DNA of 64,000 nucleotides from assembly GCA_963745235.1 (NCBI GenBank), contig CAVUXE010000015.1:96001-160000 (forward strand), in the 5' to 3' direction. Shown here one piece after another: positions 30,743-39,338 of this stretch (position 1 is the first letter of the stretch; each line of letters begins with the position of its first letter). The notes under the pieces were generated by a model. That model had not been told where the DNA came from, ran no database searches, and saw nothing but the letters and a program-made list of their open reading frames with translations. The position numbers were made by a program, and so were the translations under genes. Source of the DNA: an uncultured Spirochaetota bacterium. GTDB lineage: Bacteria; Spirochaetota; Spirochaetia; SZUA-6; Fen-1364.

Positions 30743-31416
30743 GCCGCTTCGACCTCGCCGTCGTGAAGGCGGATGATGCGCGCCGCCCGCTTCATGATGC
30801 CCGGATCATGGGAGGAGAAGATGAAAGTGGTTCCCCTCTCCGCGTTGATCCGTTCCATCAGGTCGAGGACCTCGGTTCCGGTGGCGGAGTCCAGATTGGC
30901 GGTCGGCTCATCTGCAAGCACGATGAGCGGGTGCGTGACCAGGGCACGCGCAATGGCCACCCTCTGGCGCTGGCCGCCGGAAAGCTCGAAGGGCTTGTGC
31001 CTGATGTGCTCCTCCAGGCCGACCGCCCTCACCAACTCCATCACCCGGCCCTCCTTTTCCTCGCGGGAAAGCTCCCGGTGCAGGATCAGGGGAAGGTGGA
31101 TGTTCTCGAACACATCCAGAACGGGCAGCAGGTTGAAGGACTGGAAGATGAATCCCAGCGTCCTGCTCCTGTAGCGCGTGCGGGACTGTTCGGAGAGGGT
31201 CTGGATGTCTTGTCCGGCTATCCGGACACTCCCTCCGGACGGCGTGTCAATGAGGCCGATCATGTTGAGAAGAGTCGTCTTGCCGCTGCCTGATGGCCCC
31301 GCGACGCAGGCAAAGGACCCGCTCTTTATGTCCAGGTCTACACCCTTGAGCGCCCGAACCACTGTTTTTCCGAGGTGGTAGTCCTTGGACAAGCCCTTGA
31401 TCGTGATGCCGTTCAT
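30739..31416 (-). CDS. LolD/MacB-type ABC ATP-binding protein
   Basis: GPSGSGKTT, GFIFQSFNL, LSGGQRQRVAIARAL, ADEPTANLDS. Confidence 0.95.
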   Translation of the reverse strand: MNGITIKGLSKDYHLGKTVVRALKGVDLDIKSGSFACVAGPSGSGKTTLLNMIGLIDTPSGGSVRIAGQDIQTLSEQSRTRYRSRTLGFIFQSFNLLPVLDVFENIHLPLILHRELSREEKEGRVMELVRAVGLEEHIRHKPFELSGGQRQRVAIARALVTHPLIVLADEPTANLDSATGTEVLDLMERINAERGTTFIFSSHDPGIMKRAARIIRLHDGEVEAA

Positions 31417-31454
31417 CTCAGTACCCTTTTCTCTTCCAGTGATTATGTCGGAAC

Positions 31455-31525
31455 TATTTCACATAAATAAATAAATTGTCAAGTAAAAATTGATATAATT
31501 AATCAAGTATTAATTATATTCCATT
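31455..31525 (-). promoter_or_regulatory. AT-rich promoter region with 11-bp inverted repeat
   Basis: Minus-strand TTGACA at 31477-31482; ATATAATTAAT-CAAGT-ATTAATTATAT at 31493-31519. Confidence 0.65.
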
Positions 31526-31680
31526 CTTTGACCTTCAATCTACTCGCACATTATCTAACGCTGGAGGACGGGGAAATTGTCACCAGGAAGGGTTGCTGCG
31601 CTTCGGACAGTTATGCTCTGGGCCGCTGCATTTCGGCGGGCTACGCGCTGGGAGGCCAGGCGCCGGGTAGGGCTGCGCTT

Positions 31681-33183
31681 CTAGGGGCTGCGCCTCTGGC
31701 AGGCTACACGCCAGGCTCGGCCGGCGGGAGGCTGGCCGGCGGGAGGCTGGCCGGCGGGAGGCTGGCCGGTGGCTGGCCCCAGGTCTCGAATCTGCTGTAT
31801 GAGGGCTGCGATTTCCCGCATTGTCGTGGAAGGGTTCATGAAGGAGATGCGCAGGTACCGCCGGCCGTTCCACTCAGCCGTGGAGAGGTAGAAGCTCCCG
31901 CGGGAGATCAGCGCATTGCGGATCAGAAGCTGCTCGGCGTCGCTGCCCGCGGTCCGGAAACAAAGGATATTCGCCTGAGGCTCCACGGCGCACTCGAAGC
32001 CGGGCTGAGCCGAGATGTAGCGATACGCCTCCGCCGCGAGCGCAAACTGGCGCTCAACGTAGTCCGCCAGGCCCCTTTCCCCCAGCGCCGCAAGGACCGC
32101 AAAGAACCGCAGCCCCAGCCCTGCCTTGGTGCATTCCACGGTGCGATGGATGAAATCGAAGCCCGGCTGCTCCTTGTCGTGGAAGAGGTAGCTCGCTTCC
32201 TGCTGGAATGCGGCATCCAGGGTACGCGCGTCCCGGACCAGCACGGCCGTACAGAGCGTGGGCGCGCGCATGAGCTTGTGCGCGTCCCAGACCACGGAGT
32301 CCGCCAGGGCTATCCCCGATAAGAGACCGCGCAGCCGGGGACTCACCAGCGCGCCGGCTCCGTGAGCGCCGTCCACGTGCAGCCACACCGCCTGCTGGCG
32401 GCACGCCTGGGCAACTTCCTGCAGCGGATCATAGAGCCCCACGGCCGTGCTGCAGGCGTTTGCAACGAGCGCGAATGGCCTTCTCCCGTCGTCCTTCACG
32501 CGTTGAAAGACTTCCCCGAGACGATCCGGGACTATCCTCCCTGCCGCATCGACGGGAAGCTCATAGATCGCCCGCCGACCCATTCCCATGATTCCGGCCG
32601 CTCGAGCCACGGAATAGTGCGACTCCGCGGGGGCAAGCAGCGCGAGATCCGCGGGCGCCCCATCGTTCCACGTCTCGGGGACAAGCCTGCCTCGCGCGGC
32701 CAGGAGCGCAGTCAGGTTTGCGAGCGACCCGCCGTGGGTGAGAACGCCTCCCCCGTGGGCCGGGGCCTCCGCGAGTTGCCGGGGCGACGGCGCAGGGACC
32801 CATCCCACTTTCTCCAGCATCCAGTTGATGACGAAAAACTCGATTGCAGCAGCTGCCGGGCCCATCTCGTAAATTGCCATCGCGTTGTTCGTGAAGCCGT
32901 CGATCATGGACGCCAGGGCACCCGCGGGGTGCGGGACGGCCACCTGGTGGGCAAGGTACGCCGGGTGATGAAGCCGCGTGGTGGAGTCGAGATACCGGCG
33001 GAGGAAACGCGTAAGCTTCTTTCCCCGCATGCCGCCTTCCGTGGCGAGCTTCCTGAGCTCCAGACCGTCAACAAGCTCCTCTATGGGCGGCTGGCGAATG
33101 ACGGGTCGCGCACCACGGACGGACTGCCGGTAGTAGCGCCCCAGCTCTCGCGAGACAATCCGGGCGTCCTGGGCGAAGCTCAT
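31681..33183 (-). CDS. PLP-dependent group II amino-acid decarboxylase
   Basis: LHHPAYLAHQ, THGGSLANLTAL, SHYSV, WLHVDGAHG, WDAHKL (PLP lysine). Confidence 0.92.
   Translation of the reverse strand: MSFAQDARIVSRELGRYYRQSVRGARPVIRQPPIEELVDGLELRKLATEGGMRGKKLTRFLRRYLDSTTRLHHPAYLAHQVAVPHPAGALASMIDGFTNNAMAIYEMGPAAAAIEFFVINWMLEKVGWVPAPSPRQLAEAPAHGGGVLTHGGSLANLTALLAARGRLVPETWNDGAPADLALLAPAESHYSVARAAGIMGMGRRAIYELPVDAAGRIVPDRLGEVFQRVKDDGRRPFALVANACSTAVGLYDPLQEVAQACRQQAVWLHVDGAHGAGALVSPRLRGLLSGIALADSVVWDAHKLMRAPTLCTAVLVRDARTLDAAFQQEASYLFHDKEQPGFDFIHRTVECTKAGLGLRFFAVLAALGERGLADYVERQFALAAEAYRYISAQPGFECAVEPQANILCFRTAGSDAEQLLIRNALISRGSFYLSTAEWNGRRYLRISFMNPSTTMREIAALIQQIRDLGPATGQPPAGQPPAGQPPAGRAWRVACQRRSP
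31719..31769 (+). repeat. 15-bp tandem repeat x3 encoding QPPAG in the decarboxylase tail
   Basis: GGCCGGCGGGAGGCT three times plus a partial copy. Confidence 0.85.
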
Positions 33184-34607
33184 TTGGCCTGCTCCGGGAC
33201 ACGCCGTGCGCCGGTTGCGAGAATGGGTATGGCTGCCGCGCAAACCAGGGCCGCCACGAGAATCACGTTCCCGATCCCGTGCGCGAGCGGACCCCTGCCC
33301 GCCTCAATCACGGTCCCGCGGTTCCCTTCGAGCCTGAGAAGAAGCGGGAGAAGGAGCGATGCAAGCGCAATCCCGAGGGTCATGGCAAGGTTGCGGCCTG
33401 CCGCGGAAACGCTGGAGGCGATGGCGGTCTGCCGGCGGGGAAGGGCATTCATGATCTCTGTGTTGTTCGGGCTCTGGAACAGCGAGCTGCCCAGCGCCAT
33501 GACGACGAACAATGCCGCCATGGCTGCAAAGGAGAGCTCCTGCCGGGCAAGGAACCCAAGAAGAAGAAGCGACGCTGCCGCCACTGAGACGCCGATGGTC
33601 CCATAATGGTCGAACCTGCGCCTGTCGTACAGCCAGCCGCTGGCCGGGGAAGCCACAACCATCACCACGGGCACAATGAGAAACACCAGGCCGACCTGCG
33701 TAGGACGGAACCCCATGACCCCCTGGAAATAGAAAGGACCGACGATGTTGATCATGAAGTTCGAGATGAAGAAGAGCATCATCGCAAGGACGGGGTACAG
33801 GAAAGCCCTGTTCGCGAACAGCCGCAGGTCCAGGAGCGGCTTCGCGGCTGAGCGCTCGAGCAGGATGAACCCGACGGTGGAAGCGGCGAACACGGCTGCC
33901 AGCAGAAACGCCCCGACGGAAGCTCCCGTCAGTGACTCCACCTGCGACAGGAAGAGCATGAGGGAGAACAGCGAAACGGCCAGAGTGCCGGCGCCCGCCC
34001 AGTCCATGTCCAGCGTCGCGCTGCGCTCCTCGTGAACCCTGAGAAAGATGAGCGCGCAGGTCACCAGGATGATCCCGATGGGAACGTTGATCAGGAAGAT
34101 GTACTGCCAGCCCAGGGTGTCCACCAGGAAGCCTCCGAGGATCGGGCCAAGGATGCTGCCCACCGCGACAGTGGACCCCAGGTAGCCCATGGCCCTCCCC
34201 CGCTCCTGCGGCGGGAATGCCAGGAAGAGGATGGCTCCGCTGATGCTGAACACCATCGCCCCTCCGATGGCCTGGACGACCCGGAACGCAACCAGCTCGG
34301 CGAGGCTCGTCGACAGGCCGCACGCAAAGGAAGCGACGGTAAAGAGCGAAAAACCCCCGATGAACAACGGGACCTTTCCGGTGGAGTCGGAAAGCCTTCC
34401 GAAGAACAGGAGAAGAGCGGTCAAGGTGACCATGTACCCGGTGATGGACCACTGGGAGAGACCGATGTCGACATGAAACGCTGCCGTGATGGTGGGAAGA
34501 GCGATGTTCACCACGATCCCATCAAGCACGGACATGAGCACGCCCGCGAGAACAATGACCATGATGACATACTTGTGTGTCGTGCGCGCCGGTGACTGAG
34601 ACTTCAT
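33180..34607 (-). CDS. DHA2 (EmrB/QacA-type) MFS transporter
   Basis: LDGIVVNIALPTI, GRLSDSTG, WQYIFLINVPIG, PLLDLRLF. Confidence 0.93.
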   Translation of the reverse strand: MKSQSPARTTHKYVIMVIVLAGVLMSVLDGIVVNIALPTITAAFHVDIGLSQWSITGYMVTLTALLLFFGRLSDSTGKVPLFIGGFSLFTVASFACGLSTSLAELVAFRVVQAIGGAMVFSISGAILFLAFPPQERGRAMGYLGSTVAVGSILGPILGGFLVDTLGWQYIFLINVPIGIILVTCALIFLRVHEERSATLDMDWAGAGTLAVSLFSLMLFLSQVESLTGASVGAFLLAAVFAASTVGFILLERSAAKPLLDLRLFANRAFLYPVLAMMLFFISNFMINIVGPFYFQGVMGFRPTQVGLVFLIVPVVMVVASPASGWLYDRRRFDHYGTIGVSVAAASLLLLGFLARQELSFAAMAALFVVMALGSSLFQSPNNTEIMNALPRRQTAIASSVSAAGRNLAMTLGIALASLLLPLLLRLEGNRGTVIEAGRGPLAHGIGNVILVAALVCAAAIPILATGARRVPEQAK

Positions 34608-34618
34608 TACTCCCTCCG

Positions 34619-35008
34619 CTATGCAAACCACTGGCGCGCTGGCGCCATGCCTTCAACACGGGCCTGGGTCATCTCCCGTCGCGCATCGATCTCCATCTGG
34701 TACGCTGCCGCTGCAATCTGGCGCAGGGCCGGGGAAGAAGCCCCCGTGGATGCAATCTGAAGGAGGAACTCCGCCTGCATGATGATCGCCTGGGGAGTAG
34801 CCATGGAAAGGCGGGGGGATGAGTGTCCCTGGCTTCCCGGAAGGCTTGGCGCGGCCGTGCCTTGGGCGGCCGAAGCGCTTCGAGACGAGTCTCCAACCCC
34901 CCGGGCATCCGGGACCCGTGCGTCCGTGACCCGAGGGTTCGGCTGTGTAATTCTCAATGCGGCGTCAGCCCGCGGGAGGAGCGCCCCCACTCTGCCGAGA
35001 GGACTCAT
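34619..35008 (-). CDS. Small hypothetical protein with SprA-related-like C-terminus
   Basis: TPQAIIMQAEFLLQIASTGASSPALRQIAAAAYQMEIDARREM recalls the SprA-related C-terminal motif; GGAGG upstream. Confidence 0.45.
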   Translation of the reverse strand: MSPLGRVGALLPRADAALRITQPNPRVTDARVPDARGVGDSSRSASAAQGTAAPSLPGSQGHSSPRLSMATPQAIIMQAEFLLQIASTGASSPALRQIAAAAYQMEIDARREMTQARVEGMAPARQWFA

Positions 35009-35092
35009 TGGATTCCCTCCCTACCCTCCAAGTCTTCTCGTCAGAGATTATACACCTTAGGACTTGCCTGGGACAGTCCTCGCGACGCCCCT

Positions 35093-36370
35093 TCAGCTGA
35101 TGCTCTGGACGGTGTCCCTGGCCGGATCGAACCCGATGAACCGCTTGAAGGACGAGAGGAACATGAAGGGCAAGCCGACTACGACAGCCAGCGCGAAACA
35201 TGCCGCCATGAGAGGCGCCAGGGGAATGAACACCGCAAGCACGCCGGCAAGGGCGAATGCGACTGGCGTCAACCCCTGCGTCACCATCCCCATCAGGGAG
35301 AAAACCTTGCCGCGCATGTCCTGGGGAACGGCAAGCTGCATGACTGACATGATGAACACGTTCAAGACCGCGTTCGCGAAGCCGGAGAGGGCCAGCAGCG
35401 CCGCCGCAACGGGGAAGGCGCCGACAAACGGGAAGGCAATCATGGTGGCAAGCGACGTGATGCCCGTGACCTGGAACAGGAAAAAGCGGAGCGCGGGAGG
35501 AATCTTAACAACCGCGGTGAAAGCCATGCCCAGAAACATGCCGCCGGTGAACAGGGACATGGCAATTCCGTATTTCACGGGCCCCAGCGCGGGGTTCCTC
35601 TGGTAGAAGGGCAGGAATAGCATGAAAGCCATGTTCGCAAAGAAGTTGATCACCGCGGCGATCAGGATGAGGGAGCGAAGCCCTCGGATGGTCCACACGA
35701 AGGACAGGCCCTTTTTCAGGTCTGTCCAGAAGTGAGCTGTGGCTTCCGCGTGATGAACGCGCGGGAACCTGGCAAAAAGCAGGTTGGCCGCGGAGAAAAG
35801 GTATGACAGACCGTTGAAGAGAAAAAGAAGCGGCGCGCCCAGAAGCTGGAAAAGTACTCCACCCGCGGAGTTGCCAATGATGTTCCCGCCCGTTTGCAGC
35901 ATGCTGAAGACGGAATTGGCCTGGACAACCTTGGCGCGGGACGTGATATCCGGGATCACCGAGCCGACGGCGGGAGTGAAGAAGGCTCCGCAGAGCCCGA
36001 GAATAATGCCCGCGGCAAAGACCATCCACACCTGGAGAAATCCCGCGAATGCGGCGACGCCCACGGCAACGACGGCTGCGCCCCGCACGGCGTCCATCCA
36101 GATCATGAGCTTCCTGCGGTCCCCCCGGTCGATCACCACGCCGGCAACGGGGGACACCAGGATGCGGGGAAGAGTGGAAGCTGCCAGCAGCCCACCCATC
36201 AGCGCCGTGGATCCCGTGACGGCAAGGATCCAGAACCCAAGCGCGATGGCGTACACCACGTCTCCGAGGACCGAAACGAGCTGGCCCTGCCAGAGCAGCA
36301 GGAAGTTCAGGGTCCAGAGGGGCTCGCCCCCCCGGTGTAAGTCGCGCGATGAGCCGGCGATGTCTGCCAT
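35093..36370 (-). CDS. MFS transporter (MefA/H+ antiporter-like)
   Basis: NFLLLWQGQLVSVLGD, GVVIDRGDRRKLMIWMD, VPQDMRGKVFS. Confidence 0.92.
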   Translation of the reverse strand: MADIAGSSRDLHRGGEPLWTLNFLLLWQGQLVSVLGDVVYAIALGFWILAVTGSTALMGGLLAASTLPRILVSPVAGVVIDRGDRRKLMIWMDAVRGAAVVAVGVAAFAGFLQVWMVFAAGIILGLCGAFFTPAVGSVIPDITSRAKVVQANSVFSMLQTGGNIIGNSAGGVLFQLLGAPLLFLFNGLSYLFSAANLLFARFPRVHHAEATAHFWTDLKKGLSFVWTIRGLRSLILIAAVINFFANMAFMLFLPFYQRNPALGPVKYGIAMSLFTGGMFLGMAFTAVVKIPPALRFFLFQVTGITSLATMIAFPFVGAFPVAAALLALSGFANAVLNVFIMSVMQLAVPQDMRGKVFSLMGMVTQGLTPVAFALAGVLAVFIPLAPLMAACFALAVVVGLPFMFLSSFKRFIGFDPARDTVQSIS

Positions 36371-36382
36371 TATGCCCGGCCG

Positions 36383-37469
36383 TCAGCCCGTCTTCTCGGC
36401 CAGCAGCGCGCGCACCCGCTCCCTGTTGTTCCAGAGGGCGCAGCCAGTCGAGGTTTCCGCGAACAGATCATGATTCTCCCGCATCACGGCAAGGAAAGGC
36501 GACCGGAGCGCTTCTTTCAGGGCCATCTGCTTCAGGCTCACGTCCGAATACGGCGCGAACGGGCACGGCTCCAGGTCCCCCGCGGCGTTGATGTGCACGA
36601 ACCCCCGGCCCGATGCGAGGCAACCTCCCTGCTCTTCCTCGTCCCAGGGGACGGCGATGAACACAGCCTTGAAACGGCTCCGGGAATGAAGCGACAAGGC
36701 CCTTCATCTCGTCCCGCTGCGCGTCTGTGATGACCCAGTCCTCCGTTCCTTCGCGGATCGGCGTATACTCGAGGAAGAGGAACAGCCGGCAGCCTTCACG
36801 GATTGCGCTCTCGATGAAACCCGGGTCCGTGACCGTCTGGAAGTTGTTCCGAGTGATCGTAAAGGAGAGGCTGAAAAAGACACCGGCTCTCTTCAGCTCC
36901 TCCATCCTGTGCCGAAGCCTCTCGTGGACCCCGGCTCCCCTGCGGCCGTCCGTCTCTGCCTCGTTTCCTTCGATGCTGAGGACGGGCACCGTGTTCGGCT
37001 GCTCCTTGAGCCGGGAAACGAGCTCATCGTCCAGGAGAAGCCCGTTGGTCACGAGGAGGAAGATAACCGTGCGGAACTCTCTCGTGATGTCCACGATTTC
37101 CGGCCGGACGAGAGGCTCCCCGCCCGCGATCACAAAAAAGGAGACCCCCAGCTCCTCCGCCTCCGCCACGACGCCCCGAAGTGCTTCCGCGGAAAACTCT
37201 TCGGGCGCGTCTCCGCGGATGGCCTGCGCATAGCATCCCTTGCATCGCAGGTTGCACTTGTTTGTGATGCTGAAAATGGCGATGGGAGGGACGGTAATGC
37301 CTTCCGCCGCCACCCGGGCGCGCCGCCGCGCCGCCCCCGCCTGCCACAGCACCGTGCGGGCGAAGAACAGCGCCTGGCTCGGGTGCCGCAGGCTCACGCG
37401 GACGAACTCGGAGAAGAAGATGCGAAGGCCGAGGTTGAGATGCGCAGTAGCGGACATTTTTCGAGCCAT
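36383..37469 (-). CDS. Radical SAM protein with SPASM/twitch tail (frameshift at ~36682)
   Basis: CNLRCKGC, AGGEPL, TNG; the tail GGCLASGRGFVHINAAGDLEPCPF is rejoined by removing one C. Confidence 0.88.
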
Positions 37470-37619
37470 TGGATGACTATCTCCTGCTGCGATGATTTGG
37501 GATGCCGGCCAGCGTAGCGCGAACGGCCTCCCTTGAGAATGGAACACCGGACGTTCAAGGTTTTGCTCCCCAAATTCTCTCTCGTCTCAGCGAGTCTTCC
37601 AAGATTCAGGTCAGCTTCC

Positions 37620-37736
37620 TTAGTTGATCAGCCTTAGGAGCCAGCGCCCAAAGAGCTTCTTGAAAACCTGTTTGAGCGCCCTGTAAAGGCTAGCTACTGA
37701 AGTGCCCCATATCATGCTGGCAATTGTATAAAGGAA
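37620..37736 (-). pseudogene. Detached 3' end of the wHTH-PIN-TM gene
   Basis: Removing the IS and one TSD restores the frame: ...IIFFL-YTIASMIWGTSVASLYRALKQVFKKLFGRWLLRLIN* (TAA at 37620-37622). Confidence 0.85.
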
Positions 37737-39338
37737 GTAACTGTTCAGCTGGTCTGAAGACAGTCAGTCAGGGTTAGGTCTTTTTCAAACGCATTCATGA
37801 GAGCGTCAATAACCGATAGGCCCTGCTTTCTGATCGTTGAGATATAACTTCGTATCCGACAGAATGAGAGCGCTCCCCCATTGCTTCGGAATGCCCCGGA
37901 TACTTTCTGCTGGACCCTCATCATTCTTATATCTCGTTCTGCCAAATTATTGTCGAAGTCAACTCTGAAATCGGTCATGTATCGCAGGGTCTCCTCGCGT
38001 AGTCGTTCAAGTCTTTCCAACAGATTGCGTGCTTTGCTGCGCTTGATCCGGCCCCGTTTTCCGGGGCTGTCTGCCCGATGAGGCGATGGGTTGGCTTTCA
38101 TACCACTTGCGATGATCGCTTTGTAGCGGCTCTCATATTTGCGAATGTCGCAGAGGGGTAGTTTCTTCTTCCCTGTGCGTTTTGCCTGCTCCACAGTTTG
38201 CTTGCTCTCCAGAAGAAGGCCGATCATTTGCTGCGCCCACACTTGGCCACCCGGTTCATAGACCGCCGTGAGTTCTCGAATGTGATGTGCGTTGCACAGC
38301 GAATGCGAGCACCTATATTTCATGTAGGGTTTCCAATTATCATGAACCGCGTTGCCTTTCAGCCGCGGCAGAATTCCTATCTGGTCTGTGGCGGCCGTCC
38401 CGCGCCTCTGATGAGGATAGTAGTAGGTGAACTCCTGAGTGCCCGCCCCGTGCAGCCAGTGCAGTTTGCCGTTGATGCTCAAGCCGGTCTCATCAAAGTG
38501 CACCACTTTCGCCTGAATCAGTTTCTCCTTGATCTGCTCCACAACACCCTCGACTCGTTGCGCACACCGCCGATCGATACTGGCCAGCGTGCCAACGCTG
38601 AGGGGAATGGCGAACAGATCAGCGAAGGCTTGGGCGGCTCGATCGTAGGAAAGAAATCCATAGTTTTTTAGATACACTGCAAATGCCTTCAGCCGTGGAC
38701 CGTACTGTGTTTTGTGACTTACCCCGAGTGGGAACACCGCTACCGAAAACTCGTGGCAGTGGGGGCAGCGCTTGATCTGGGCACGGTGTTCGGTCACATC
38801 CACGGCGATGGGCGGAATATCGAAGACTTGTCGTGACTCATACCCTCGCGGCTTTTGCTGTTGCAGCGACTTGCCGCATCCCTGGCACACTTTGACTTCA
38901 TGAATCATCACCTGCTGCGGGTGTTCGACCATGGACAACGTTGTTCCCTCGTGCCCTTGCTGACCGCCAGGTTTTTTCCCGCTGGATTCTCGTCTCGTAT
39001 GAATCCGTCGATGCAAGCCATCACTGGAGGGAGGCTTATCGCTGTTATGACTGTCCTTGCTGTTCTTCTCCTCCAGCGCTTTGATTCTTTGCGTTAACCT
39101 CTTGATCTGGTCTACCACCTGGTCGATGGTGTTGTCGTGCTGATCCTGTAGATACTCGATGAGAGAAACGATAGCCTCAGGGCCTGCCTTGTATGCATTC
39201 AGAATTTGCTCGCGAGGGATTCGCGGCAGATGATAGTCCTTTTCCTCTCCCATGCAACTGAGCGTGACGGACTTTTTGAGTTTCCGGAATACTTAACATC
39301 CGTCCGGTATTTCACCTCCCGGGGAGCTGAACAGTTAC
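37737..39338 (-). mobile_element. IS66-family insertion sequence (single-ORF, ISBst12-like organisation)
   Basis: Perfect 14-bp terminal IRs GTAACTGTTCAGCT; 8-bp TSD TAAAGGAA at 37729-37736 and 39339-39346. Confidence 0.95.
37745..39253 (-). CDS. IS66 DDE transposase (TnpC-like)
   Basis: NSDKPPSSD, KPGGQQGHEG, zinc finger CQGC/CPHC, HFDETG, LCNAHHIREL, FDNNLAERDIRM. Confidence 0.96.
   Translation of the reverse strand: MGEEKDYHLPRIPREQILNAYKAGPEAIVSLIEYLQDQHDNTIDQVVDQIKRLTQRIKALEEKNSKDSHNSDKPPSSDGLHRRIHTRRESSGKKPGGQQGHEGTTLSMVEHPQQVMIHEVKVCQGCGKSLQQQKPRGYESRQVFDIPPIAVDVTEHRAQIKRCPHCHEFSVAVFPLGVSHKTQYGPRLKAFAVYLKNYGFLSYDRAAQAFADLFAIPLSVGTLASIDRRCAQRVEGVVEQIKEKLIQAKVVHFDETGLSINGKLHWLHGAGTQEFTYYYPHQRRGTAATDQIGILPRLKGNAVHDNWKPYMKYRCSHSLCNAHHIRELTAVYEPGGQVWAQQMIGLLLESKQTVEQAKRTGKKKLPLCDIRKYESRYKAIIASGMKANPSPHRADSPGKRGRIKRSKARNLLERLERLREETLRYMTDFRVDFDNNLAERDIRMMRVQQKVSGAFRSNGGALSFCRIRSYISTIRKQGLSVIDALMNAFEKDLTLTDCLQTS

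Noticed and set aside
31490-31506. FNR box-like TTGAT...ATCAA
   Set aside because: The spacing is 7 bp, not the 4 bp of FNR/CRP-type sites.
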